A stretch of 64,000 nucleotides of DNA, taken from contig CP075492.1 in assembly GCA_021613535.1 (NCBI GenBank), forward strand, positions 11,718,001-11,782,000. The letters are read 5' to 3'. Source of the stretch: Adineta vaga (taxonomy: Eukaryota; Animalia; Rotifera). This document shows, piece by piece, positions 38,235 to 49,452 of the stretch (the stretch's first letter is position 1; every line of letters begins with the position of its first letter). The notes below the pieces were generated by a model. That model made no database searches, had not been told where the DNA came from, and saw only the letters and a program-made list of their open reading frames with translations. A program made the position numbers and the translations under genes.

Positions 38235-41200
38235 ATGGATTTCGAAAGTAACTATACGCCGTCAGTCAAATTGAAATATACAATCAACAGGGTTTGAAAA
38301 AGTTTTATCTTTAATATCATATTTCCTATTATATTTTAGAATCAACAGCATGATATCCACTGTTTTGAATGTCATTATGAGGGCGATGTTATAAACTGTT
38401 GTTTATGTCCACGCGTGTATCATATAAAATGTCTAGGTTTAAATACATTGCCTGATAAAAAATGGGCATGTCCTGAATGTAAAGTATGTTTTTCTTAATC
38501 AATAGCATATGTATGATATGATTTCGATTTTTTTTAAATTAATTAGATCACGATTTCATCGTTGAATATATTTAATTCAGAATATCAAACAGAAAATGAA
38601 CTGCATATTATGCTACAGTGTGCACTTTACAGATTGAAATCTCAACCTCAAGTTCGTATAAAAAATTCTATTGAATATCATAATAATACTTTCATTTTCT
38701 TATAGTCCAAAGCTTTTATTAATTCAATCGATGCACCTGAATATTTGGAATATATCATTCATCCAATGAGTTTAGAATTAATAGAAAAAAACATACAACA
38801 GAAAAAATATCATTCAACGGATGCTTTTATGGGTGATATCAAATGGATTTTACATAATAGTATGATCTACAATGGAAGCAAGTAGTCTTCTCAGATCAAT
38901 GAATAGATCATAATCAATATAATCTAATTTAGAACAAAGTAAATTAACAGCTAATGCTCGTACATTATTAAAAAATAGTCATCATGAAATGACAGAAATT
39001 CATATATGTTCCGAATGTTATTTACGTGGTTCACAATTTGTTGCAGCAGATTGGTTCACAGTACCGTGTGCTATTCCACATACATTGTGTTGGGCAAAAA
39101 TGAAAAGTTATCAAACGTGGCCTGCAAAAGTTCTACGCATTATGAATGATCAAGTAGATGTTCGTTTCTTTGGTACACATAATCGGTAAATTATAGAATA
39201 GAATGATTTTTTTTTATGATAATGTAAGCTTCTTTTGTATCTTCTATATAGTGCATGGATACCGATCAATAAATGTTTCGTTCTATCGAAAGACTATCCG
39301 GGTTCAATAAAGAAAAAATTAGATGTAAAATTTGATAAAAGTCTTACTGAATTACAACTTCATGTTGATCGTTTAAAGAAATTGTATGGACATTTTACTT
39401 ATGCACCTTTGCAAACGACATTAAGTAAAACTAAACCATTCAAATTTGTTTCAATTATTGATGGTAAGTTTTTCATAGGGGGCGATCCGTTTTTGTGCAT
39501 GTTCCATCTGTATCTAGTAACCAATAGATTTTTATAGAAGAAAAAATATCATTTTTAGTTTATCGTTCGTAAGTGAGAGACGACTAGCTTAAAGGATATG
39601 ACGAATGCAGCTAATGAAACACAGAAGTTACATATTGTTATGTTATACTCATATGAGAACAACGTAAACAGCTGCATGACATTATATTTATTTACTGAAG
39701 AAAAGGTTGACTTTCAGATTCATCTATGTCCATTGCATTAAGAGTTTTTGTAAAACATTGAACTATCTTCTGTCTTCAATAGATTCTCTTCTACCATCAT
39801 ATATGAATGTTTCGAATAACAATTCTTCGATAAAACATCGAAGATCATATAGTTTCTCTCGTAAAAAATCAATACAAAATGATGATACCAATTTGTATGA
39901 ACAACCCGCGAAACGAAGTCGACTTTGTAATGAAGATAATCTTACAACTCAAGATAGTAAATTACAACCGAAATTGCATGTAGTTGATATATTTCATCCA
40001 TCAATCGATCAAGAGTAAAACTAAACAATTCCAATTTTCATCAATTGATTTTAAAGATTTGTTTTAGATCATCAACATCATTATTTCGATCCTCTTCACC
40101 AACAGATAATAAATTTCAAATACAAGCATTGCTACGACGATATACTAGTTGCAAATCGCCAATCGATGATTCAATCTCAGAAGAAGTCAGATTAACAATG
40201 GATTCATTACTCGACACAGTCGACGCATTGAAAACAATATCAGAAGTTTCACCAATGCAACATCAAAGAGCAAAACGATCACGAAAAATACAATCACATA
40301 CAAAACTAAATTTTAATTCATACCCATCGTTAGATTCATTTATGTCTCCATTTATATCACTCGTTCCACTTACGTCATTATCCATTAATTCACCAAGGTA
40401 TATTATAAAACTTTGTTTCCCTATTCATTATTATATTCTTTGTTAATAATAGAATTGATATTTCTGAATGCGAAAGCAGGCCATCGAAAGCAATTATTCA
40501 TGAACCTCAATCATCTATTGCAACAAACTCGTTTTTGATATCACCACCTACTCAAACAGATATTCAACTTTCTACTCCTATCCCTAACTTTCCTTCGATT
40601 TCTCGACAGATTGTAAAGTCGTCATCATCTAGTGATTCTTCATTAACAAAACCTAGAAAAGCAACACGAAGACGACTGGTACATGCAACACAATATTATT
40701 CATCTTCCAACTCAGATTCTAGAGAAGTAATATCTTATATAATTTATCAAGTTAATCATGAGCGTTTCAAACTTTTTTTCTTCTCATTTAGATTCCATCA
40801 GATAATCTGTAAGTAAAACAATTCATCAGCATATAATCTTTTCAGCTATTCCAGTTTAGTCATCAAACAAGAAATGAAATGCAATCAATGCTAAACAATT
40901 TCAATAGCCAAGTAAATATAAACTATTTCCTTTCTTCTTTCTTCTACATATCATTGTTAACTTACAGTTTCAAGAAGTCTTGACTACTTTAACTGCTCAA
41001 ATTCAATCGTCTCTTGAAACCACTCGATTAAAATATGAAAAAGATCTTGAAGAACTTCATCGTTCCTATCGTCAATCACTCAATGACTTTCATTCCATCG
41101 CTAGTAAATCTAAACTATTGTCTATTTATGTTTTCTAGTTTTGTTCTCTTTTTCATTCTTTAGACGAACAAATTCAAGAGATTCATAAAAATTTAGAAGT

Positions 41201-41264
41201 TCAATATTGGACACGACTTTCAGAATTGCGTCATCGCTATGAAAACAAACTTTCCTATCACTAA
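38235..41264 (+). CDS. ZMYND8: PHD-bromodomain-PWWP chromatin reader (ZMYND8/ZMYND11 family) lacking the C-terminal MYND finger
   Basis: PHD (CFECHYEGDVINCCLCPRVYHIKC...WACPEC), bromodomain (YIIHPM...DIKWILHNSMIYNG), CSECY...WFTVPC, PWWP (WAKMKSYQTWPAK...VDVRFFGTHNRAWIP), Ser-rich linker, coiled coil, stop at 41262-41264. Confidence 0.82.
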
Positions 41265-41450
41265 TCTGTTAGACTCGAAGCGAAAGAAGTGTATTTATTT
41301 TATTTCAAAAAGAAAATCACACGCACACACATGTTCTCGTAAGCAAAAGTGTAGAAGAGGTATATATAGGTTGAAGCATATTCGAGAGAATAATTGAAAG
41401 GTTAAAAGGACGATAGATATGTTCTGTTTTTCTTCCTTTTATTTGTCTTT

Positions 41451-42319
41451 TTAATCAAGACCAAGATTTAATGGATGTTTGGGTGTTTCATTAAGGAAGA
41501 ATTTTTTCATAAATTCTGAAAAAAGATGATCTATAAAATAAAATAAAACAAAAGTAATGAAAAATTACAATGAAACTTTTCGTATTTGCTTTACTTACAA
41601 TCCATACGTTTTTGACCATGATCAGTAATGAAATCAAAAGCTTTTTCAGCATTCTTCTCATCAATATCCCATGAAATGAGCATATTAGCAAATTCATCTT
41701 TTAATACATTTCTTTCGTCTAAAATCAAAATAAATCATCATTATATTAGAAAACAATTCTCATTTATATTACCAAGAAATTCATTGGCACGCCACAGAGC
41801 TTTATGTAAACCTTCATACCATTCAGGAAATTCATTTTTATCTTTCAAACCACCAATGATATCATTCATGACATCAAGCCATTCATCTTGATATCAAGAG
41901 AGATAATTTCGAATGAGTGAGATGACATGTGTAAAGAACATACCTAAATCAATATTTCCATCTTTATTGGCATCACCAACGGCACATAAATCCCAAAAAT
42001 ATTTTTGAAAATGTTGTTCTAAACGTTTACGTAAAACTTTCAAACGTGCATTCTTTGCTGCTTCATCTTTTGATACAATCGACTATTGACCAGAAAGAAA
42101 AAAAAATTAAGATTTCATTTGTTTTCTCATTAATCACCTCAATAGCAGCTTCGAAATCTGTCCAATTAACAAGACCATCATTATTTGTATCTATAAATCA
42201 CCAATAAGAGAAAAGATTATACGATTTCAATCAATCTCTTTTTCCAATTTACCGAGCGTTTTTGTAAAGAATTGTTGAAGTTTTTTTGTTGCCGATGGTG
42301 GGATATTGTCACGCGGCAT
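41451..42319 (-). CDS. Sarcoplasmic calcium-binding protein / calexcitin-like EF-hand protein (6 exons)
   Basis: MPRDNIPPSATKKLQQFFTKTL|DTNNDGLVNWTDFE...WDL...DANKDGNIDL|DEW...FPEW...FFLNETPKHPLNLGLD*. Two canonical and two degenerate EF hands in the SCP layout. Confidence 0.85.
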
Positions 42320-44078
42320 GATAAAATTTCGCAAGAAAATTAGGCGGAATGAAACAAATCTGAAATTAATTGATCAATATATTACGAATATCTCTATATT
42401 AATCGAATAGATTACTGCGCAATATCTTTCCTTCTGTGTATTATCTCCAAGAATCATTAAGATCTCATCCATCGTTTTCTCGCCTCTTTAAAATAACAAA
42501 AATATTCTTGCACTGTCTTTATTAATCAACTGTCACTCGATCTCATCGAACACTAAGATTAATAATTAATGTGCATGTCATTGGAAATTTTGTCTTACTA
42601 TAGAAATCATTCAACACTTGGAAAAACGATGAAGGATCAGATAAATAACGAGTATATAAGACAATACATACAATCGATTTTCTTTTTTTTCTCTCCACCT
42701 CTTGTTCGATGTAACGCTAAAACATATTTTCTCTTGGGGAAAAGAAAGCAAGCAAGCAAAGAAAGTGCAGTGTTCCCTGTTTTGGGTGCCGGATATATAC
42801 ATACATATATATTATACGATGTGCCCGCGCAGAAATAAATACCATGCAACCAGTCTGATTTTCTAATGTAAAGATGAGGCCGAACGAACAAGCAAGCAGG
42901 GATACAAGGCTTATTCTCGCATCAATATACTGTACTGTTTTTTGCTCTATATTATTTTTTCTCCTTTTCTTTCTTTTCCTCTCTCTCTCCCTCTCTAGCT
43001 TTCGATATCAGGATGATAGCCTCGTTTGTCGATGAGCAGAATCGGGTACTATCATTCTCGACAGAGTAACTTGTTTCTTTCTCTCTGGATTTCTTTTGTA
43101 TTTACTATGAGATAATATGGATGTCACTGTACAAGAGACAAGATATAGGCATTAGATTTGTAGAATGTAAATTATGATCAAAACGATCCTGATTTGTTAT
43201 GGACATAATTATTGATGGAAATCAAATGATCACGCGAATTGATATATTTTTTTCCTTTTATTCCGATGAAAACACTTGTTGACCTTCTGTATAATCAAAT
43301 AAATCGTCAAGTTATATTAACAGACGTTTTTTTCATGTAATAATACAAGGCTCTACATATGCTGCTATCAACTATCGTAGTATTATTATCATCATCAGAG
43401 TATAAAGCTAGAAGGCGTGTCATATATTTCCACTATATTTGTACTGTTGAAGAATTATATCAAACGAGGCTAAGAATAGATTTGATTTAGAAAAAAATCA
43501 TTTCAACATTAATCAACAGATCAATAATTGACAAGTGCAGTCGTTTAAATATCGATCAAATATCAAGATATATGTTCGTATCGATAAGATCGAAACTAGA
43601 ACACACTTTCTTTTCCTGTTTGATAAATTACATATACCAAAAATAAAGGGATGGCAAGATCAATTAATATCAATAGAATATACATATACAAGTCGAATAT
43701 AAAGATAGAATTAATGAATATATAACAGCTGTTTATTTGTATACAGAATCGAATTTATGCTAACGATCAAAGAGAAAATTTCGAGAATCACCTTCCTTTT
43801 CATGAATAAGAACATCTATTCTAGTTTTTGTTAGATATTATTAATCAAATCATATCTTTTAACACAGAAAATCGATGTTACAAGTTTTTTTTTGAGTATT
43901 TTATTTTCTATTCGAGTGCAAAATATTATCAGGTTATCGTGGCCACAAAGTTTGTAGAGTCACTCCTCTGAATCATATCAGTTGAATTTAGATATAGCAA
44001 AGAAAGAAAGAAAAAGAATCGTTTATGTGCATAGGTAGTCGCTGATCTATATATACGGGATGTGTCGTATGAATTCTA

Positions 44079-44096
44079 GTGTGTGTGTGTGTGTGT
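44079..44096. repeat. (GT)9 microsatellite upstream of DHFR
   Basis: Read directly. Confidence 0.8.
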
Positions 44097-44279
44097 TTTC
44101 TATGTCAGGTAAACATAACCATTCTCTTATATGACAATAACAAAAAACATCGCAAATAGTCATATTAAAATGCGAGGTATGAATCCTCATCGCAGAAAAT
44201 CGACGTTATTCTTTTCGACAATCTGCGATTTCGGTGATGATGGTTAAAACCTATTCTAGATATACATTTCTTTTTGTAG

Positions 44280-44903
44280 ATGGATACGAAACCATTTATG
44301 AATATTATTGTTGCAATGGATGAAATCAATACAATTGGACACGAAGGTAAAATTCCATGGGCACCAATACCAACTGATTTTAATTGGTATATAACACATG
44401 CTACTACAACGAAAGATCCATCCAAACGTGTTGCACTTATAATTGGACGAGTTTCATTCGATGAGACGATTAAATTTGATCAAAACTACGTTTCACGATG
44501 GCATTTTATTGTTGTTACAAGACAATCATCACAAGACTTCTATGATACACATCGAAATATCGATCAAATCAATCGAGTTAATATTGTCAATTCCTTTGAT
44601 GAAGCTGCTCAGAAAGCGAAAGAATTACTTGATACACCTGAAGCTATGATTGAATCTGTTTATGTCTTTGGTGGTGTTCAGATATATGAAGACGCAATAA
44701 AAAGTAAACTTGTGAAAAGAATTTATATAACACGAGTCTTTGCCAAACTTCCTGAATGTAATCGTCGACTATCAAACTTTCCTTTGTATGATTTCAAACG
44801 AATAAAACGATCGCAACATGAATTACTTTCTGAATTGGATGATCAAATTATCGAAGAAAATGGATGGAAATATCAATTTCAAATTTACGAACGAAATGAT
44901 TGA
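44280..44903 (+). CDS. DHFR: Dihydrofolate reductase-like protein (intronless, divergent)
   Basis: NIIVAMD...IG..GKIPW..IPTDF, IIGR, VVTR, VYVFGGVQIYE, IYITRV and EENGWKYQFQIYER follow the DHFR motif order. Confidence 0.85.
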   Translation: MDTKPFMNIIVAMDEINTIGHEGKIPWAPIPTDFNWYITHATTTKDPSKRVALIIGRVSFDETIKFDQNYVSRWHFIVVTRQSSQDFYDTHRNIDQINRVNIVNSFDEAAQKAKELLDTPEAMIESVYVFGGVQIYEDAIKSKLVKRIYITRVFAKLPECNRRLSNFPLYDFKRIKRSQHELLSELDDQIIEENGWKYQFQIYERND

Positions 44904-45177
44904 GAAACACGTTATGTTTTATTTTTCGATAATAATAAATATATCTATTCATCTTGATATCTCTCGACATCTGCTGACGTAAACGAATGATCCATTTAGT
45001 ATTAGTCATTCCATTAAATTCTATAAACACACACACAGTATCTATCATTCATATCAGACGGTAAATGTCACTAAATGAATAGATAACTCTTTTGTTTCTT
45101 TCTTTGAATATATATCGTATCATTCTAATAGTTGCTCGAACATTTTAACGAAATAAAACTATTGTAGATAGTTAGCA

Positions 45178-46673
45178 ATGAAGTTCTGCGGTTGTTTAAC
45201 TGTCGAAAAAGATTCACGAGATGAAACTCCAAAGAAATATGTTAAAAGATACTTTCTCAAACGTGGTATGTCAAAACATTTTGTATTCGTTTTATTTTTC
45301 TATTAAAATATGCTATGAATTAGATTTACAAACAAATCATATTGTTGGATTGTCATTGAATATAAAGTAAGATTGACAATTTATAATTGAAATGAAAAAA
45401 ACATATTTGTTTGTTCTCTAGAACTCAAAAAGAACAAATGAAACAAAATATAAATACAGATACTAAACAGTAAATAAGTAAAAGGTTTTCAGATATTAAT
45501 ATATGATATTCTTATTGTAGCACTTCAAAAATTCAATCCTCATCAGAATCGATCGATAAAGTTGTTCACCGTGATAATCGTCTTGATACATCGAAACGAC
45601 GATCAGTGTAAGAAAATCTTGTGTTGTTCGATCATCATTTCATTTTTCGTTCCTTCCATTTAGAACATTTGCGAATGATAGTGAAACTGAACAACGTAAA
45701 TTCCTTCGATTGAATAAAGTAAAACGTGGGTAAGATTAAAATATGATCATTGAGATATTCTTTTTTTTCTAACAAATTATCTGATAGATCGATTGATGAA
45801 CTACAATTCAATGAAAACAAACGTGCAAAGTAAATATTCACATAGACAAAGATTAGATTTATATGTTTTTCTATTAAATTAGAAGTTCACCAAATGTAAA
45901 TGATAATCCATCAACAATGAGTACGTCCTATGAAACAAATACAGGTGATGAACTTGACAACTCTCAACAAAGAAAAACAGTTGTTCGTCGTCGAAAGTAA
46001 GTTTTTTTTTTCATTCCTCGGAAAAAGAACCAAAAGACTTACATATCTGTTTCAGACGAAGTAAATCTCCTAGAAAACAATTACCGTCTGAACTTCTCGA
46101 TGCTATCAAGTAAAAATATTCATCAAATCTATCTTGACTAATCATGAGTTATTCTTCTTAAATAGATTTGATCTCGTTGAATCTGTTGGTTTAGATGAAA
46201 ATCAATTGAAAGGTATTCCTTATGAAAATATAAAGTAAGTCAAATAGAAGATAACGATTTTCATTGATTAACTGTCAAATTTCTGAAGAACTTCATCTCA
46301 ACCAATGCGAATTAGTATTTCATCGTATTCCTCTCGACAATATCAACGTCGACGCCGATATTCATCACCATTCAATCGGTTAGAAAGCCATATTCTTCTT
46401 TTTCGTTTCATTTCACTTTAACTTCTCATTCTAGTGGTGTCGTTCATAGTGTTTCAAATCAAGTCTTACATTATCAAGCTCAACCAACAGTTGTTTGTAT
46501 TGCTCAAGTTAAATCAACTGTAAGAATCCTTGTTTTTCTTCACCCGTTACAAAACTTTTATTATTTCTTTTTAGAAAGTTTTGAATATGACGAAAAAAAG
46601 AGAAAATTGTACGTAGAAGATCAAGTCTTTTCTTTTTCTCATGGTATTCATATTGACTCTTTTATTTTTAGAA
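45178..46673 (+). CDS. Uncharacterised basic, Ser-rich protein encoded by ~13 small exons
   Basis: Consecutive GT-AG joins keep one open frame: MKFCGCLTVEKDSRDETPKKYVKRYFLKR|DLQTNH...KRRSV|TFAND...RRRK|RSKSPRKQ...KVLNMTKKREN*. No family recognised. Confidence 0.7.
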
Positions 46674-47931
46674 TCTTTAAATTATTCGATTGCTTTGTGA
46701 GGAAATTCTCTGTTGTTTTGTTCCAAATATTCGTTGTAGACATTTTTTTTCTGTCTCTCTCTTTCTCTTCTGATATTATTCTTATGAAATCTAGTTTCTT
46801 TTGTTTATTTATTAAATAAATTCATTTGGTTCTTAGAATTCAGATAGAATTGATTATTCAATTAGTTTCTTTCGTCGAGAAAGAATATATAGATCTTTGA
46901 AATAGATCTGCTTATTATCGAATCGGATCTCGACATTCCAATTCAATAAATGACTTGTGCATCTGAAAGAAACCAGATAGGACAAAGTTGATTATCTCAT
47001 ATTTATTGATAATATTCTTAATCAATTTTCGTCGATAAAAAACAATTCATAGGTTTTTTTCTCAATTTAATTAGATGAGACGACGACACTATCATGTCTA
47101 TCGATATACATGAGTTCAAACAATAATTTACTAGTGATAATCTTCTGTGATGATCGTTCTAATAAACAGTGCATAGAACAAACGAAGATACCGGTGATAA
47201 AACATATTGCATTCAATTATTTCTTCTTAACATATTCTATTTCTAAACTTGATTTGAAGCAAATTCCCCAAACAAATCAGTATCGCACCAACGATTATCT
47301 GAAGGTTCTTTTTATTAAATCATCTTTTCTCTTATATATGTTCAAGTACGAACGATTCTCTCTTTAGTCATTCACAATTATCAATCATTAGTTTTATTCT
47401 CATTAAATAACGTTTGAATTTTTTCTCTAGTGACAGTTGATTTTAAGAAAGAATTCTTAAAGAATAATGATAATATAATCGTTTCTTGTTCTTTTTGGAT
47501 TAGAAGGAAATCGGCAATATTTAGAATTGGAGAAAGAAAGAGAGAGAAAAGAACAGTTGTCTTTCTTTGAGGAAGCTCGTCATCGACTTATATATATATC
47601 TACACACATACAAACATAGAATTATGTGATGAAAACAATAAAGTGAGCAGACTAATAGAATATGATTGAACACGAATGATTGTTCCGCACGACAGTACAA
47701 TAATAAAGAAGAACTAGAGTGTCAGTAGAAAAGCAGATTTCTCTTCATCGCCTTGCAGCACACGCACATACACATTCACATCTAATCTATATTGCGGTAT
47801 ATGCGTTTTTTTTATTACATTTCTTCGTTATATAATTAGATGATCACATGAAATAACTAGAAATAATAATAATTATTATTATGATATTCTTTTGGCAACA
47901 AATAATTCGTCAATTGGTTTTAATCTAATGA

Positions 47932-49436
47932 ATGGATTGGTGGTATTTTTTTCTTAGTATCTATTTCGTTAGTGTAACAGCAGATATTCGACGTGTTCTT
48001 ACACTTAGTGTTCAACAAGATGAACTTATTCGACTTGAATGTACCGTCACGTCGAAACAAGATGCCGAAGGAGTAAGATTAATCTTGGTATTTAAGGTCA
48101 AGATTCTTATCATCGATTTCTAGGCTATGTGGATGCGTATTCGACCTCCACATAATCCGGATATTTTAACATATCGAGATAGCGTTGTTTATGCACCAGA
48201 TCGTATTGAATTAGAACAACGTCGTCTCAGTTCAGATATGTATGGGAATGGAACTTTGACTGATACATATTATTTAACATTAACTATTTTACGACCAACA
48301 ATTGACGATGAAGGACGATATATTTGTTCGAAACGACAAAAGATTTTTGCAGAATATGATCTTTTTATTATTAGTAAGAAATAGTTATTTCTGTCCAAAT
48401 CTCTTTTGTTTTTCGTCGTTCGAAATTTAGTTCCACCGCAATTTATTGACGATAATAATTTCAAGCAACAACGATCTATTATTGAAGGTTCAACACTGCA
48501 TCTTTCATGTTCAGTTTATGGTAGACCACAACCTTCAATAACTTGGTTCTATCGAACTCATAATGATAAACATATCTTTTGTAAGTAAAATAATCAATTC
48601 AAACAGAAAGTTGTATCAAATCATTTGTGTAGTGAGCGATGGCGAAGGTTGTTTAGATAAAAAATGTGAAATTCATCTACTAAATTTTACCCGAGATGAT
48701 CCGGATATAGTCGAATGTATTGCTGATAATCAAAAATCTTCTCGAATATCGAAAGTATTCATGATTGATGTTCTTTGTAAGTTTAATCTTCGATTTTCTT
48801 CAAATAAACTTCATCTTACAAATAGATCCACCTAAAATTATAACCAATGTTCGAACATTGCTTAGTTCGAAAAATACCGAGATTTTTCTTGAATGTTTAT
48901 CACTTGCAAATCCATCGCCAACAACTATTTGGCTTGATGATGATCGAAGTGAAATTCATACTGATCATTTATATACAATTAAACAGGAAAATCAATCATC
49001 AATTCTATCGTTTTCAACCGCAGAAATACATCCATCAAAAGTCATTTACTATTGTCAAAGCCATAATTCGATTGGTTCAATGGAAAAATTCATTAACATT
49101 TCTAGTAAGCAAGTCATTCGAGATACTTTCAATCATCATTTTTGTATTAAGAATTTCTTGGAAATGATCCAACGACAACAACAACGACGACAACAACATT
49201 ATCAATAACCTCCACTTCATGTAAATGCCCAACCTTTTTTTTTTCATCTAAACTATTTGTTTGATATTTTCATAGTAAAATCAACTCGTGCTCGTCCTCG
49301 AAGTACTGCAACCTCAGTGATTGTGCCCATTACAACTACCCCTTTGAATCATTGTGTATCTTGTTATTCGACAAAAGTTTTTTTAATTTTTATTCTTTGT
49401 AATTTTTTCAAAAATACAATATATTGCACTGTTTAG
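47932..49436 (+). CDS. Three-Ig-domain cell-surface protein (IgLON/lachesin/DIP-like), probably GPI-anchored
   Basis: Signal peptide; Ig1 (LECTV...WMR...DEGRYIC); Ig2 (VPPQF...LSCSVYGRPQPSITW...ECIADN); Ig3 (PPKI...LECLSLANPSPTTIW...YYCQSHNSIG); Thr-rich stalk; short hydrophobic C-terminus. Confidence 0.82.
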
Positions 49437-49452
49437 AAATGACTATGATGGA

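Noticed and set aside
42908-42925. GGCTTATT resembling the start of the bdelloid spliced leader as I recall it
   Set aside because: The match ends after 8 nt, and no donor or Sm-site arrangement follows.
49169-49198. QRQQQRRQQH run in the ORF track
   Set aside because: Wrong frame. After splicing, the ACA/ACG repeat encodes the Thr-rich stalk.
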